In this document: one piece after another, positions 25,841-39,697 of the stretch | How the letters are laid out: each line of letters starts with the position of its first letter | Position numbering within the stretch: position 1 is the stretch's first letter | The notes under the pieces: model-generated | Database searches by the model: none | The model's input: only the letters and a program-made list of their open reading frames with translations | What the model was told of the DNA's origin: nothing | Translations under genes and position numbers: made by a program | Assembly (NCBI RefSeq): GCF_018350175.1 | Contig: NC_058368.1 | Location: 100,442,001 to 100,506,000 of the forward strand | Length of the DNA stretch: 64,000 nucleotides | From: Felis catus | Lineage: Eukaryota | Reading direction: 5' to 3'

Positions 25841-26115
25841 AGAAAGAAAGAAAAAGAAAGCTAACAGCTTAATCTTCTATCTTAGGAAACTTAAAAAAAA
25901 AAGAAAAGAAAACTACATTTAAAGCAAGCAGAAGAAATTTGAAAATTCAAGCAGAAATAAATGCAACAGACAACAGGGGAAAAAAAAAAAAAACCAATAG
26001 AGAAAGTCAACAAAACCAATTCTAGTTCCATGAAAGGATTTTTTCAAAAATGAGTAAGCTTTTAGTTAGACTAAGACAAAAAGAGACAAGACTCAAATCG
26101 TTAAAGTCAGAAATG
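25205..26115 (+). mobile_element. Old L1 ORF2 fragment (endonuclease and downstream region), interrupted by a Can-SINE
   Basis: L1 ORF2-like DNA such as 'ctagacctaacagacatct...cacatgggacattctccacaatagaccatatgctgggcc' and 'aatagagaaagtcaacaaaacc'; multiple disablements. Confidence 0.85.
25627..25860 (+). mobile_element. Can-SINE with (AAAG)n microsatellite tail, inserted in L1
   Basis: Head at 25627; (AAAG)n at about 25800-25860; TSD-like taa(t/c)agctta. Confidence 0.88.
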
Positions 26116-27389
26116 TTGCCGTATACTCCCGTGTTCTGCGTACGTGCTGCTTGCTCTGAACGGTCTTGCCTAGCAGATGCTCGCCACTATTCTCCTGCCT
26201 TTGTCCATTCAGAAGGAACGGAATGCAACGCATGGTGTCAGTGGCTTGTTGGGTGTTGATTCATCCTGGTAGGGCACAGTTGGCTTGCTCAAAGCGTGCG
26301 GTTTGAAAAGCATCTGCAATGAAGCATCCATACACGAAAGGATGATGGGTGGGGTATAGGGAGCCCAAGAAGAAAAGTGCAGTGTCCTGGACTAAGAGCA
26401 GAGCACTGTTACCGTCTGAGAGCCGGGGGTGCCAGCAAGACAGGGCTGAAGGAAGGAACTGGCTGATTTTTGACCTTTGACTGGTAGAGGGACTCAGCAG
26501 CCAGTGGCAACCCCATAGGGGTTGGGGAAGCCAGGAACAGACGGGACCTCAAACTCCCTCTCTTTTCGTGGTGTCCCACTACCACTCTCCATCAGCCAAA
26601 TCTGGGGGCAAGGGAGGCGGCCCATACAGACCAACCTCCTCTGGCAGCGAGGAGGGCAGCAGAAGGAGGAGACAGATCAGTGGGGGCACCTGGAAGCTAC
26701 TCGGCCCACACCTGGCCCTGCTAGGTTCCCCCAGGGGAAGAATGGTCTCTGCCTGCGAATAGTTGTGAGTTGACTACTTGAAATTCCAATATGCAAACAG
26801 GTGTAGATGAATAATGAGCAGATTACCTCCTCCATCTTGTGTTTAGAATACGCTTCCCACCCTCCATGACGCGGTGGCTCTTTTCTCCTGGTCTGAGGCC
26901 CCACCCTGGGCAAACCGGGAAGGCGGCTGAACGTCTCGCTGGTGTTATAGAGGATCTAAAAGAGCATGCTGCTAGTAAGAGGTAATAAGTGTTGTGTGCC
27001 AAGGACTCTTACATGTTCTGTCTCGTCTGCTGCTCCCAGTAACTGTATGAGGTCATTACTACTATCCCTGCCATTTCACAGAGGAGAAAACGGACTATCA
27101 GAGAGGGGAAGCAACTTGTTGGAGGTCTTGTAACTAAGTAGTGGATTCAGGATTTAAATCCATTCCAAAGTCTGGATGCTCGTGACTAGCTTATACATGT
27201 CACGGCTGCCTTCCTGGTTTGCACAGTTTGGGATCTCAGCACTGGAGGAAAAAGCCAGTGCGCTTTGGGGACGGAGTCCCCAGAGCCTTCAGTGCAGGTA
27301 GCATTGGAGCCAGTATAATAGGATTATTTTCTTTCTTTCTTTTGGAATCCTGCCATTTCAAAGTCTCAAGGGTTAAAGCCTATTCTCAG

Positions 27390-27740
27390 AATTAATGAAT
27401 AAACGGATATTGGTATATTCATACAATGGAATACTTGGCAGCAGTAAAAAAGAACAAACTTTTCATACAAGCAGCAGCACGGTGGACTCTCAGAGGCATG
27501 AATGCTCATAATAAAATAAAAATCCTATCAGTGGTTGCCTGGGGCAAAGGTGAGGACCTGAGACCCTGGAGTCCTAGAGACTGGGGGGAAGGGGGCGCTG
27601 GAGATCTTCTATATCTTGATTGGAGCAGTAGTTACAAGAGAGTATGTATCTGTTGAAATTCATCAAACCACATGCTTAAAACAGGGTAGGGTATGTTTTA
27701 TAGTATTACAGTATTGAATACCTCAATAAAGTGATTTAAA
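27390..27740 (+). mobile_element. Old L1 (L1M) 3'UTR fragment
   Basis: 'tggtatattcatacaatggaatacttggcagcagtaaaaaagaac...cagtggttgcctgggg...tacctcaataaagtgattt'. Confidence 0.75.
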
Positions 27741-27918
27741 CCAACTGATTAAGTTTATGAAACTGCATTTACGTAAAAATTCCCCAACTGATTTTGAGTC
27801 AGAACCACAGATCAGAAGTATAATACATGATATGCTTATACTGCAAATAAATTAAGCCAAATACAAGAACCAAAATTCATGTGATTTTTTTTCCCTCGGC
27901 AAAATTACTGTCTGTGAG

Positions 27919-27936
27919 GTTTTGTTTTGTTTAGTT

Positions 27937-27972
<36 letters not shown>

Positions 27973-28409
27973 CATAAGCAGGGGAGAGGCAGAGAAAGAG
28001 GTTGACAGAGAGAGAAGCCCAAGCAGGCTCTGTGCTGTGAACACAGAACCCGATGTGGGGCTCGAACCTGATGTGTGAGGTCATGTCCCGAGTCAAAATC
28101 AAGAGTTGGACACTTAACCAAGTGAGCTATGCAGGCGCCCCGTGAGGCTTTTTTTTTTTTTTTTTTTTTTAGTTTATTTTCTTTATTTTCGAGAGAGAGA
28201 GAGGCAGAGAGAGAGAGAAGCTGTGCAAGCAAACAGGGAAGGGGCAAAGAGACAGAGACACAGAGTGAGGGAGAGAGAGAATCCCAAGCAGGCTCTGAGC
28301 TGCCACCACCAGAGCCTGACACAGGGCCGGATCCCACAAACTGTAACTTCATGATCTGAGCCGAAATCAGGAGTCAGACATCCAACTGACTGAGCCACCC
28401 AGGTGCCCC
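27919..28409 (-). mobile_element. Two tandem antisense Can-SINEs ending 60 nt upstream of exon 6
   Basis: Reverse heads ending at 28141 and 28409, with GA tracts and poly-T tails. Confidence 0.9.
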
Positions 28410-28469
28410 TATGAGGTATTTTTCAAACCTGAATTACTTTGAATTTCTTTCTTCTTTTTGCCAATCTAG

Positions 28470-28583
28470 AACGGTCAGTTGGAGTGTGTACGTTGGATGG
28501 TGAGTGAAACCGAGGCCATTGCTGAACTGAGTTGTTCTAAGGATTTTCCAAGCCTCATTCATTACGCAGGTTGCTTTGGTCAG
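28470..28583 (+). CDS. SNCAIP: Synphilin-1 exon 6 (114 nt): NGQLECVRWMVSETEAIAELSCSKDFPSLIHYAGCFGQ
   Basis: Pyrimidine tract plus ctAG acceptor at 28468-28469; donor CAG|GTATGA; phase 0/0; matches the synphilin-1 ankyrin region. Confidence 0.96.
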
Positions 28584-29539
28584 GTATGAGGAATTTTTAA
28601 TAATCAGATTTATAAGCAGTCGCTTCATTGTAATATTTTTAAATGAAAAACATGTTTTAAAAACCTAAATATTCCATAATAAGATATTGGATAAGTAATG
28701 AAGCTACATACATATGATGGAATTTTATGGGAAAAAACATTTATCATAAAATATTGAAACGTATGCTATAAAACCATTCCTGTAATTTGGTACCAACTTT
28801 GAATTCTAGAGAAAGAGGAAGAGACGTAAATAATAAGATTAGAAAACAAGCTGTGTCACAACATGTTCACAGCTGTTACCACTCAAGGCAGAATTACAAG
28901 TGGCTTTTATCCTCTTTTTTGTATTTTTTAGTCTTTTCCAAATTTCCTACAACAAATGCATTTAACTTTCATCAAAAGGGAAAATGATACATTTTCTCGT
29001 ACCCAACATTAAAAGGAAAATCTTCAGTAAGATATTAATCAAGGAAATCTCTAAGATGAACAAACACACTAACTAGATCAGTCGCAGTTACAACCAGTTT
29101 CTACCTTAGGAAATCCCAGTATGAGTAGTTGATGTACACAGATCACAATCCAGGGTGTGGAGTACAAAAATCATCAGTAACTCCCTTTGAGAGGAGTAAG
29201 TATAAATTATATTTTCTAAAAAATTGGAACCACAGAGTGCCAATCTCAGCCTTAAAAAAAATAAATAAAGTCAGCACTGTATTAAAATAGATTTAATCAT
29301 ATTTGTCTGTGGCAAAGAAAATTGCTTCTCATGCCTATAACCATATCCCCTTTGGTTTCATGAACTGTCCCGGTGGCAGTAAATTGTGGTATTGTCAACA
29401 AGAGATTAAGCTTTTCCGAGCATGACAATCTCAAGTTCAAAAAATACCCTTGGAGAATATGACTGCAGTCTTTCTTTAGTGCGAGTCCATGTTAGGTGAT
29501 AGTTTATGTTGTACCATGGTAACTTCAGTGAATATAAAT

Positions 29540-29655
29540 TATACACATATATGTATGTATGAGTGTGTGTTTGTATGTATGTATATATCCCATATATATA
29601 AATACGACATATGTATAACATGTATGTGACACACATATACAACATATATGTCTAT
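29540..29655. repeat. Degenerate (TA)/(TG)/(CA) simple repeat
   Basis: atacacatatatgtatgtatgagtgtgtg...acacatatac. Confidence 0.8.
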
Positions 29656-30076
29656 GTTAATATGTAACGTTTACTCTATGTGCCAGGCACCAAGCCTTTG
29701 GAGTTTGTGTACATTATCTCGCTTATTCTTTAAAATAACCCTGTTGGATCCTGTTGTCTGTACCCATTCTGGAGGTGAGAGTCAAGGAAGAAAGTTAAGT
29801 GGCTTACACTTGTCTTGTTCCAGTGCCTAGTAAGCAAAGAGTGCACCTCAGCTCAGGCCCTCTGATTTCAGGACCAGATTCTGTTTTGCATCTGCCTGTG
29901 TAGGCAATTCCTATAGCCCGTTCCCAGCGGCATTGACCTGAGGAAGACTTTGTTACAATTCCGTCTAACAACACGTGGTGATACACAGGTCATCGAAGTC
30001 AGTACCTGGTACTAAATTTACGACATGAAGAAAAGAGCAGAAAGAACACTGACAATTTGTCAAAGCTACTGTCTTT

Positions 30077-30304
30077 TTTTTTTTTTTTAATTTTTTTTTT
30101 TCACCGTTTATTTATTTTTGGGACAGAGAGAGACAGAGCATGAACGGGGGAGGGGCAGAGAGAGACGGAGACACAGAATCGGAAACAGTCTCCAGGCTCT
30201 GAGCCATCAGCCCAGAGCCCGACGCGGGGCTCGAACTCACGGACCGCGAGATCGTGACCTGGCTGAAGTTGGACGCTTAACCGACTGCGCCACCCAGGCA
30301 CCCC
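30077..30304 (-). mobile_element. Young SINEC_Fc
   Basis: CpG-rich, long poly-T, perfect 15-bp TSD AAAGCTACTGTCTTT (30062-30076 and 30305-30319). Confidence 0.95.
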
Positions 30305-31983
30305 AAAGCTACTGTCTTTGAAAGAATTACTCCATTTTCTCAGTGTTCTGTCCTGGCGAGCCCCAGTCACAGTATTCCACAAACAACCATAACAGTTCCT
30401 AAGCAATTGCTGAGGATGCCCTTTTCTGGCTTGTACTGGCAAAGGGGAGAATCGAATTTTCGAATGACCAAAAGAATGTAATCACCGATGATCTTCCTAA
30501 ATCATTTTCAGTATAAAACTGAATGTAATTTATTCCCAAACCGTCTGAATAATTGTTTCATGTTCCTGATTTCATCGGCTTATCTAAAGCCTAGCAAGGA
30601 ATTTTCCATCCCCGTAGAAAGGCTACCTGTGCTTTTGGTAGAGCTTGCCAAAGAAAAGGAGGAAGGGATTGCATTGCTGTTCTGAGACTCTAAGTAAATA
30701 ATTGGGCCCCTGGCATTCTTTGTGTCGGGAAATGCTGCTTATGTGTGCCAGCTTCTCTGTTCGCCTCTCGCAGTGGGTTTCTTGTAATCGTGAAGACGTC
30801 AGGACCAAAGAAGCGCACATGTCCTTTCTGGGACTGGTTGGGTGATGCTGTGGCCTACTGGACTGGACTAGAGGAAAATACGGAAATCGGGGACCTCGCA
30901 GAAGAGCCACGTCAGACGTTTGCCTCACGCTAGTATCAGTCTTCAGGCTGTTATTTCAAGCTGAGAGGCCTTTTTAATGACCCAGAGTACGGCTCTGAGC
31001 AGGGCAGCCCAGCAGAGCCTTTCGGAGAGCACTCCTCCCCAAGTGGAAGGCATCGAGGCCCTTTAGAACCACGAGTCCTCCTCTGCCCAGCCATCCCGCA
31101 TCCGCCGCAGGCACTTATGTAACAGGTAACCTGTGGAGATGCTGAACTTGGAACCGCTACAAGGCTAATATTTTCACAAGGAAGACTGTTATTGAACATT
31201 TTTCTAATGGATTCAGCACATGCAGGTTTTTCTGCATCAGGCAGGCACTTGAGTGTGCTCTGCTTTTGTTTCTTCAGTAAATACTGCTGGAAAGGATAGA
31301 ACAGAGGGAAATTCCTCCCTTGGTTTATTTTAGTTGCCCTCTGCACCTCATATAGATTCTCAAAGAAGGGGCTCTACGTGACTCCCAATTTGTGTCCTTT
31401 TTCTCGCAAAAATTACCTTAAAGACTCCGATACCGCAGGGCAGCCGGCAGATTTTAGCGGTCTCCTGGAGTGATAGATCTTGGGGTGATAACAATTGATT
31501 TTCCTCCTCTTGACACGTGAAGTCTCAGAGGGTGCAATTATTGCATTGCCTGATCGTATGGAGCAGCGCTAGCCACAGGGAGCACGGAGGTGAAAACTGC
31601 AGGAAACTCCCGGAAAAAGCAGGGATGTCCTCCAGTCGGCCTGCTTTGCTGTCCCTGGAGAGAGTTGTTGCCGGCCAAACAGTAGAGACAGAACTGTCTC
31701 AAGTCAAAGCTACCCTGTGTCACAGGCGCTGTTTTATTTCACCACAAAGGCTCTGAGGGTCTGGCCCACGCTCCCAGCAAAGCTGTCGTGCCCTCAGCAG
31801 TTTGGGGGCTTCCGCCCATTCTGCACCGGTCATTGGTTCAGTGGGTTCTGTGTTCCTTGTGACCGTTGTGTTTCTGAGTCTCCCCTGTCACTTTTGGTAA
31901 GGACATCCTGCTATGAAAACAACCTCCCTCATAGCACTCAGCGTGTACCCAGAGCACTTTGTCTACACTGGGTGCATTCTGCA

Positions 31984-32190
31984 TTTTATTTTTTGTGTTT
32001 ATTTATTTATTTTGAGAGAGAAAGAGAGAGAGCAGGGGAGGGGCAGAGAGAGGGAGACAGAGAATCCCAAGCAGGCTCCACACCGTCAGCTCGCAGCCTG
32101 ACACAAGGCTTGAACCCACAAACCATGAGATCATGACCTGAGCCGAAACCAAGAACAGGATGCTTAACCAACTGAGCTACCCAGGCACCC
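31984..32190 (-). mobile_element. Can-SINE
   Basis: Reverse SINE structure; TSD-like gcattc(t/a)gc. Confidence 0.9.
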
Positions 32191-35100
32191 CGCATTCAGC
32201 GTTTGAAATGTTGGCCCTGACACAGATCAAAACAAAATAAAACAAAACAAAAAACAAAGGGATAGAATGATCAGGGACAAGTTTTGAAAAAAAGGAACAG
32301 AGCAGCAATTCCTACAGCGATAGGCATGCAGGCAAGAGGCTACGTGCGATTGTTTTTCCACGATCGACTTTAAAAAAGCAAAATATTCTGTGGACTTGAT
32401 TGTTTCACTGTCACCGGATAGAAATAAGAAAACAACACGCAAAGTACTGAGATTGCAGACAAAAGCAAAATAGAAAAATGTCTGATTAGCCGAAGCACCC
32501 ATCCGCTCTCCAGGGACTGATCTTTGAAACAGCGTAAGCAACACAGAGCTCCATAAACCCACAGACTGATGGGCTGTTAATTGTGCTTTCTGTGACCCAA
32601 GCGTGCAAAATGAGTGTGTCCATTACGGATTCAGGGGTCATGGGTCAGTGAGTGGCTGCGGATACTCATACTGAGTAGACAGATAGCAGAGGCCTGGAGA
32701 ACAGTGGCTCCGTGTCTGATCTTAAATCCTAGCCCTGCCATTTACTAGCTCAGGGGTCTTGGAGACGTTTATTATTATTTTTAAATAGAAAAGATCTCTC
32801 TGGACCTCAGTTTGTTCATCTCTAACATGGAGATAAAAGTGGTTTATTTGCCAGGGGGCAAAAAGCCGCATGAACACTGCCCGTTGCTGACACATAGTAG
32901 ACATTAGATAAATGTTGCTTCTTAGGATTATTGGGTATCTTCCAATTTCCTGTTTTATTGATCTCAATATTGTTCAATTGATTTATTTCACCATAAGTAA
33001 AACATAAGGGAAACTTGACAACGAATGATTTAGGCCTTAACCTTTTTAACAAGTTCTTGGATACACTTTTTGTTCACATTTTACCGTCTCTGGATTCTGC
33101 ATTTATCTTACAATACATGACACCCTGAAATTGTGGCTGGCCATGTCTTTACATTTTAACATCTCAAAAACCAGACTGAATTCTACCTTTGATAGTATAT
33201 TAGATTCGATGATCTCTGATTGCAGAAGAAGGTGCCTCCTTTGGAACTTACAGTCATAAAACTGTAGACACTTTACTGATTGAGGCCAACAAGAGACCTG
33301 TGGAACGCTTTGCAGTGACATTTTTTTATTAGACTTTGTCCAGCAAATCTCATAAATTACGTGTATTAATTGCCCCATGAAACGACTTGCATTGCCTTTA
33401 ACAACACACAAAACGCCCCAATAAAACAGATTACCAAAAGAGCAGAAAATCCCCAGAAGAGGAAACCAGGACATGAAGGAAGTTTTCAGTCAATAGATAA
33501 AAACCGAACGTCTAGATGAGTGTGTGGGCAGCTGGGTAGAATGTTAAGTTGGAGAGGCATTCTGTAAAATGGAAATAATACAGAAGGGCCTCTCGATCTA
33601 TACGACTTCACTGGATGTTCTCTGAAAGCAGTGAATTACGGCAAAATGAAAATCAGAAATGACATTTTTTAAACATCTCCCTGACACACACAACACACAA
33701 CACACACGCAGGCGTGCACAGAAAGAGAGCGCTAAATGTCTAAGAAGAGAGGTAGCCATCACTGCATATGTATATTTAATACGCATGTATCTCGTAAGGC
33801 CCTTCGCAGTTGGAGAAAATAGCTGTATTTTTTCTCCTTACTAGCTATTGGTCGAGTAAGTCACTCTTTACGTTATAGTCCCATCGATTTCTGCTGGCAT
33901 GTTCTCCCGAATCAGAGCAGAAAACGGCATTTTCTCTGAGACTGGATGCTGACCCTGCTTTTACCGAAACCCGGGAATTCAAGACCTTTTGTTTTCATGA
34001 AGTTTATCAAACAACAGGCTGATTATGTAGCTTCTTATTAAAGTAAATTGCCCACTACCGAACACAAAACTGAAATCTGAGGTGCGGGGCAAAGACCTGC
34101 CTTGTTCTGAACAGTAGAATAATGGTTTTTCCTTTATGTAAGTCTTGTGTCTTGAATTGGAATGTAATTAATAAGGAGGAGTTATCCATGGCATCAGAAG
34201 AAAAGAAGGCAGGTTACCGAACAACGTGGATTGAACCTGACTTGAAAGACCATCAGGAGCCAAGGCAGCTCTTGCCTTATACAGACCGTGGCCTGTCTGC
34301 CCAGATTTCCAAGCCCCTGCAAAGTCGAGGTGTCCAGATTCTTCTCCCTATTTTTACAGGGGAAAATGTCTAGTCGTATGAAATGCTATATCCCATTTTC
34401 TACAACCCTATCATTAATAGAAGAATAGACTTCTCCACTATGCTATTAATTGAGTCTGAAAAATATGAAAATGTGCCTGACGAGAAGGTACGTATAGGAT
34501 ATTTCTGACTATCTTGCGTTCCCCTGAACTTTACTTGCTAAAGAAGGGAGCTGCTAGAGTATCAGAGAATATATTCTTGTCTTGTTTGGCTTTCTGATTG
34601 GTAAAACGAGGGTGTTCGAATGGGATGACTCCTAAAATCTCTCCCACTCTGCCATTTTAACATCCCATGATTGAATATCATAGAGCAAACCAGGTCACCG
34701 CATACCTGAGAATGACCCACCGAGATGACAGGGCTGTCTTTTTCACCAGTCGAATCACGACAGCCTGCCCTCTTGATGTTTCCATGTCTTATCCATTGAC
34801 TTCAAACCAGTTGGTTATGTTTGTTAACCTGAGATATGTCCACTCACCCAGGTCTTCAAGATCACACGGCAGAATCATCTGGCTCCAAATAAAAGTAATA
34901 CCCCTTCCTCATTAGGAAAAATAAAATTGTTCTACCTCGTGCCTTTGAAGCATCACCTGCTCTGATCCAAATATCAGCCCCAAACCCCCATCCACGTTTG
35001 CCTCGGAAAAAGAGGACAAGCACTTTAGTCTACCCTTATCCGGATTGTAGCTCCCAGCCTGGCCTCCAGGGCCTTCCTTTTCCACCTCATTCTCCAGGGA

Positions 35101-36417
35101 TGTTCAGGGTTTGATGTTCTACAAGGTCTGTCTGCTTTTGCCGCTGACACCCTGCTTTCCCTGGGTGCCCTCTTGGTAGTTTATAGGCATTCATTACATG
35201 TTTCTCTTCTTGCTCCTTAGGGGTCTTACTCTCTGCTTGCTCACATGGGAAGAGTGTGGTGGGAATATTCATTCTGTCCCTGATGTCACCAATGCCTTCA
35301 TAAACAGTGCCCTTCTTCCCCCGTGAAGGGCGAAGCCCTGAAGGGGTTGGCTGTTTTTATCCAACATTCCTTTAGCAGATTAGTTGGCATGTTCAGAAGG
35401 TGAAGGCAAATTTAATCCAGAAAAGTATAAAAGTTCATGACCAGTCTGAGCAAGTAACTGGAAAAAAAAAATAAAAAATCCTTTAGAAGGCTAAGGAGAG
35501 GTTCAAGGCTATTTCAAACACATGATCATCCTTTTAAATGTCAAATTCCACTCACTAAACTTCACGCTGTTGTTTTTACCACTCTCTTATTTTTTTTTTA
35601 ACATTGTATTTAATTCTTCTATTTTAAAACAGTGAAATCCCATCCCCCTGCTTTCTCCTGAGGCCAAAGATAACATGAAAATACCACAAAAGACCCAGTG
35701 GGTAAAATGCAAACGGATTTTGGCAACACACTGAGCACTCTGTGTCTTTGCTCTTGAAAGGTTGTGCTCAGACATTGGGTGAATAACGCAGAATAAGGGA
35801 AACCTTTACCTTTAAAACCCCACCAACATTTGGTCAGAAAAATCCAAAAGGTCCTGGTTTTATTTTGGTGAGGTTCTTCTGCATAAGCAACTTAAGCTGT
35901 TGCCTCTCTCTGACAGCCTGTTGATTGCAAGAGGTCTGGGATTAGGAAGGCATGGTTGAAGCATTATCAACTTCAAAGGATAAGTTGCTTATCTCAGTGT
36001 CTGAGGTTTTATAGTATTCTTGAACCCTAAAGACAGTGTAACAAAATAACACGAACATTGCCTTGGCATCAAAAGACTTCGATTTTGGCCCTCACTTTGG
36101 ATCTGTCTAGGTGTGTGACTTTGAGGAGGTACTCAAATTTCTACAAATCAGTTTTCCATCTCTAGTGGATGTCAGTGCGACAAGAACGTTTCGGACATAA
36201 CTTCCTGCTCTTAAGAGTCTCTGAGCGTTCCCCATACGTTGACTCGAGTCAGAGAGAAGCATGGATTTTCAGTTCACAATGAATGGGTATTTTCTGCTGA
36301 TAGGGTCAACCTGGTGGTATGTAAGCTTCCCAAGTTAGAAGTTTTGCTTGCCTCTGTGTTTTACTTTAGACTTATGACATGATATTCCATTAATTGCCAC
36401 TGTCTGTGTGTTTATAG

Positions 36418-36543
36418 GAAAAAATTCTTCTTTGGCTTCTTCAGTTTATGCAAGAACAGGGCATCTCGCTGGATGAAGTAGACCAAGATGGCAACAGTGC
36501 CGTCCACGTAGCCTCACAGCATGGCTACCTCGGGTGCATACAG
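36418..36543 (+). CDS. SNCAIP: Synphilin-1 exon 7 (126 nt): EKILLWLLQFMQEQGISLDEVDQDGNSAVHVASQHGYLGCIQ
   Basis: Acceptor tttatAG, donor CAG|GTACGC, phase 0/0, ankyrin motif DGNSAVHVASQHG. Confidence 0.97.
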
Positions 36544-37781
36544 GTACGCAGGCTCTGCTGCTTTGAAGAGAGAAATGAGTTTATCAAGCAATGAAACAAA
36601 AAAAAAACTGACGTTTTGTTTACTGGAAGAAATATGTGAGTGAAGTCAGATTTTTCCATTATAGTCGATAATAAGGAATTAAGTAGATATAGTTGTATTT
36701 CCAGAAATCCACACAAATGTTGGCTTAAAGAGTCCTAGAAGTTTCTCCTTGAGTGTTGAAGGCTGTCAAAAGGGACTAGAGACAGAGGGCTGTGGTTTGC
36801 CCGCTTGCTCTGGGGCAGGACTGAGCTTCTCAAATGCCGTCAGAAAGGCCCAGAATTGATTACAGGGAGGCCTCCGGAGTGCCATTGCTCCCCTCAGCCC
36901 TCAGGCAGGCCAGGCAGGGTCTTGGTTGGCCAGCCACTCTACCCAACAGCCTCAGGAGGCCTCATCCATGTAGCCCTACATGCCTCACAAGTATTACCAT
37001 GGTCTATGTGTGCAAAGGTGTACGAAGGCTGGGGAGCAGAGCCACTGGAGAGGTGAGGAGGCTCTTCTCCCTGCCCCCCAGCCACCTGAGAGAGGATCCA
37101 GGAGGGCTGCTTAGAACACCTAGAGTTCCCACAAGAAGAGGAGTCGGAATCTTCCCCTCAGCCGAACGCTCTGTTGCGGGAACCTGAGCCAGACCCAGTG
37201 CCGCCATTGTAATAACACATGGCTGAAAGCCCAGTGAGGGTCCTCAGAAGTTTGGGGCATGTGTGCATGTAAAACCAGATAAACCCCTCTTCTTAAAAAT
37301 GCTAAGGTCCTGAGTGATAAAGCAAAGAGAGACAGTAACCAACGAGAAAGAGGAGTGACCCTGTGAGGGAAGGAAAGGCTTTGCATTGGAAACAAAGTTT
37401 GAATTTGGCCCAGGATTTGATGTATGAAGGCGTAATTACCAGAGTCAGACCATTCACCCCATTCGTATCGTGGACAATGACCCAGCATCTTCGGATGTGT
37501 TACCACATCTTCTTGAAATGTAAGAAAGCTCCCTCCTGACTGGCAGCATATGACTGAAGGCTGTGATTAAAGAAAGTTCACAATGAGTTCACAACATTCA
37601 GAATAAGCTCGGCGCGTAGAGCAGCTCTAAGGAAGCCCTGGTCTTGTTTTTTTTTTTTTTTTTTTTATTTACCTTAGTACACGTTGTTTCTTTTATTGCA
37701 ACTCAATGTGCTGATTTAACAGGAACTTACTGATGTCCTACTGTGTGCAGGGTAGGTTGTCGCCAAAAGACAAAATCTGAT

Positions 37782-37980
37782 GGGGTGCCTGGGTGGCTCA
37801 GTCTGTTAAGTGTCCGACTTGGGCTCAGGTCACGGTCTCAGAGTTCATGAGTTAGAGTCCCACATCGGGCTCTCTGCTGTCAGCATGGGGCCCGCTGCAG
37901 ATCTTCTGCCCCCGTCTCTCTCTGCCCCTACCCCTTTCTCTCTCTAAATGAATAAATAAATACATACATATATACATACA

Positions 37981-38033
<53 letters not shown>
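37782..38033 (+). mobile_element. Can-SINE whose tail has become (TACA)n and (GA)n microsatellites
   Basis: Head at 37782; pure (GA)n at about 37986-38030. Confidence 0.88.
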
Positions 38034-38034
<1 letters not shown>

Positions 38035-39048
38035 TCCGGGCATTGAGAACCAGTCGCTTATGAAGGTAGAAGGGACTCTACTCTGGAAATGACAGGAGAC
38101 GATCTGGAAAAGCTGTCAGTGTGAAAGGCAAGAGGTTCATAAGAGCAAGAGGCAGAGGTAACAGCACAACGCTCTCTGGAGCGTCCGCTCTTCGGAGAGC
38201 AATGTTGAAAGGAAGTATTGCGGGTGTGTGGCAGTTTCCCCACTAATGTTGGCAAAGTGTGCGTCTTCTCATTTAAGGTGCCACACTGCAAAAGCAGTGA
38301 TAAGAAATGAGAGCAAAGAGGAAAATTTAAATCACTCCCAGGACCTCTGGAAGATGAAAGGACTGTAGCAGGACTTTCTTGTGGAGGAAAACAATGATTG
38401 AATAAAAACCGAAACCTTCAATTTTTCCATTTAACAAAACCCTCAAGTATTTAATCATCTTGAACTTCTTTCATCAGCTAATAAGTGACCGACAGCCAAA
38501 GAAAACCAGCTGGTATCACTAATTCTGTTTGGGATCTTGGTTATTTTTCTTTTATATGTGAACAGAGGCTGTCTGTGCTTTCAGGCCATTCATCTCTCCA
38601 CTTAACACAAATGATGTTTTTGGCACTAGATACCGTGGCTGTGGAAACTTGGATAATCTTGGAAGCGGGTCTGTCCACTGGGTGTGAGATTTAAAAGGGG
38701 GGGGGGAGATACAGAGAGACTGAGGGTAGGCCGGGGTCGGGGGCGATCGCAAGGGCCCTTTTGAGGTGAGGTGGAGACTGAGTATGGAAAACTGCAGAGG
38801 CCAGAGGCCGGGGGTCAAGGGAGTGGTAACAGCAGGTGTTTACAGGGATGCCCTGGGAGGGCTGCAGGAGCTCAGGGCCGAGGTGATCTGCCTGCCACTT
38901 CTGTCAGGCTGGCAGCAGTGGCTTCGGGGCACATTGGCCTTTCGTGGTGAGTGACCAGGAGGCTCTGAACCGTTAAACCAGGAGGCTCCAAAGTTCCTCA
39001 TGACCCCTCGGTGTAAGCCATCTAGGAATTTGAAAACCACAGGTGTTT

Positions 39049-39232
39049 CGGGGCGCCTGGGTGGCTCAGTTGGTCAAGTGTCCAATTTCGGCAAAGGTCA
39101 TGATCTCATGGTTCGTGGGTTCGAGCCCCGCGTGGGGCTCTGTGCTGACAGCTCGGAGCCTGGAGCCTGCTTCGGATTCTGTGTCTCCTTCTCTCTCTGC
39201 CCCTCCCCCAATCATGTGCCCGCGCGCATGCG

Positions 39233-39269
<37 letters not shown>

Positions 39270-39315
39270 TCTGTCTCTCTCTCAAAAATAAATGAATGTT
39301 AAAAATTTTTTTAAA
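39049..39315 (+). mobile_element. Can-SINE
   Basis: TSD aaaa(c/t)cacaggtgtttc. Confidence 0.92.
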
Positions 39316-39480
39316 AATCACAGGTGTTTCTTTTGGAAGCAATAGTACCTTTGACTCATAAATCCAGAGATACATTTCTTCTTGATAGTGTCAAAGACTA
39401 TGTCAGATTGTGGCAGTTGACTAATACTGATGGGACAGCTCTTCTAATGTTACCACAGTATAAATAGAAAAGAAGTTTGA

Positions 39481-39657
39481 TTTTTTTTTAAGGTTTATTT
39501 ATTTGCGGGGTGCCCGGGTGGCTCAGTCTGTTGAGTGACCGACTGGCTCAGGTCATGATCTCACGATTTGTGAGTCCAAACCCCGCATCAGGCTCTGTGC
39601 TAACAGCTCAGAGCCTGGAGCCTGCTTCGGATTCTGTGTCTCCCCCTCCTCTTCGTG

Positions 39658-39697
<40 letters not shown>

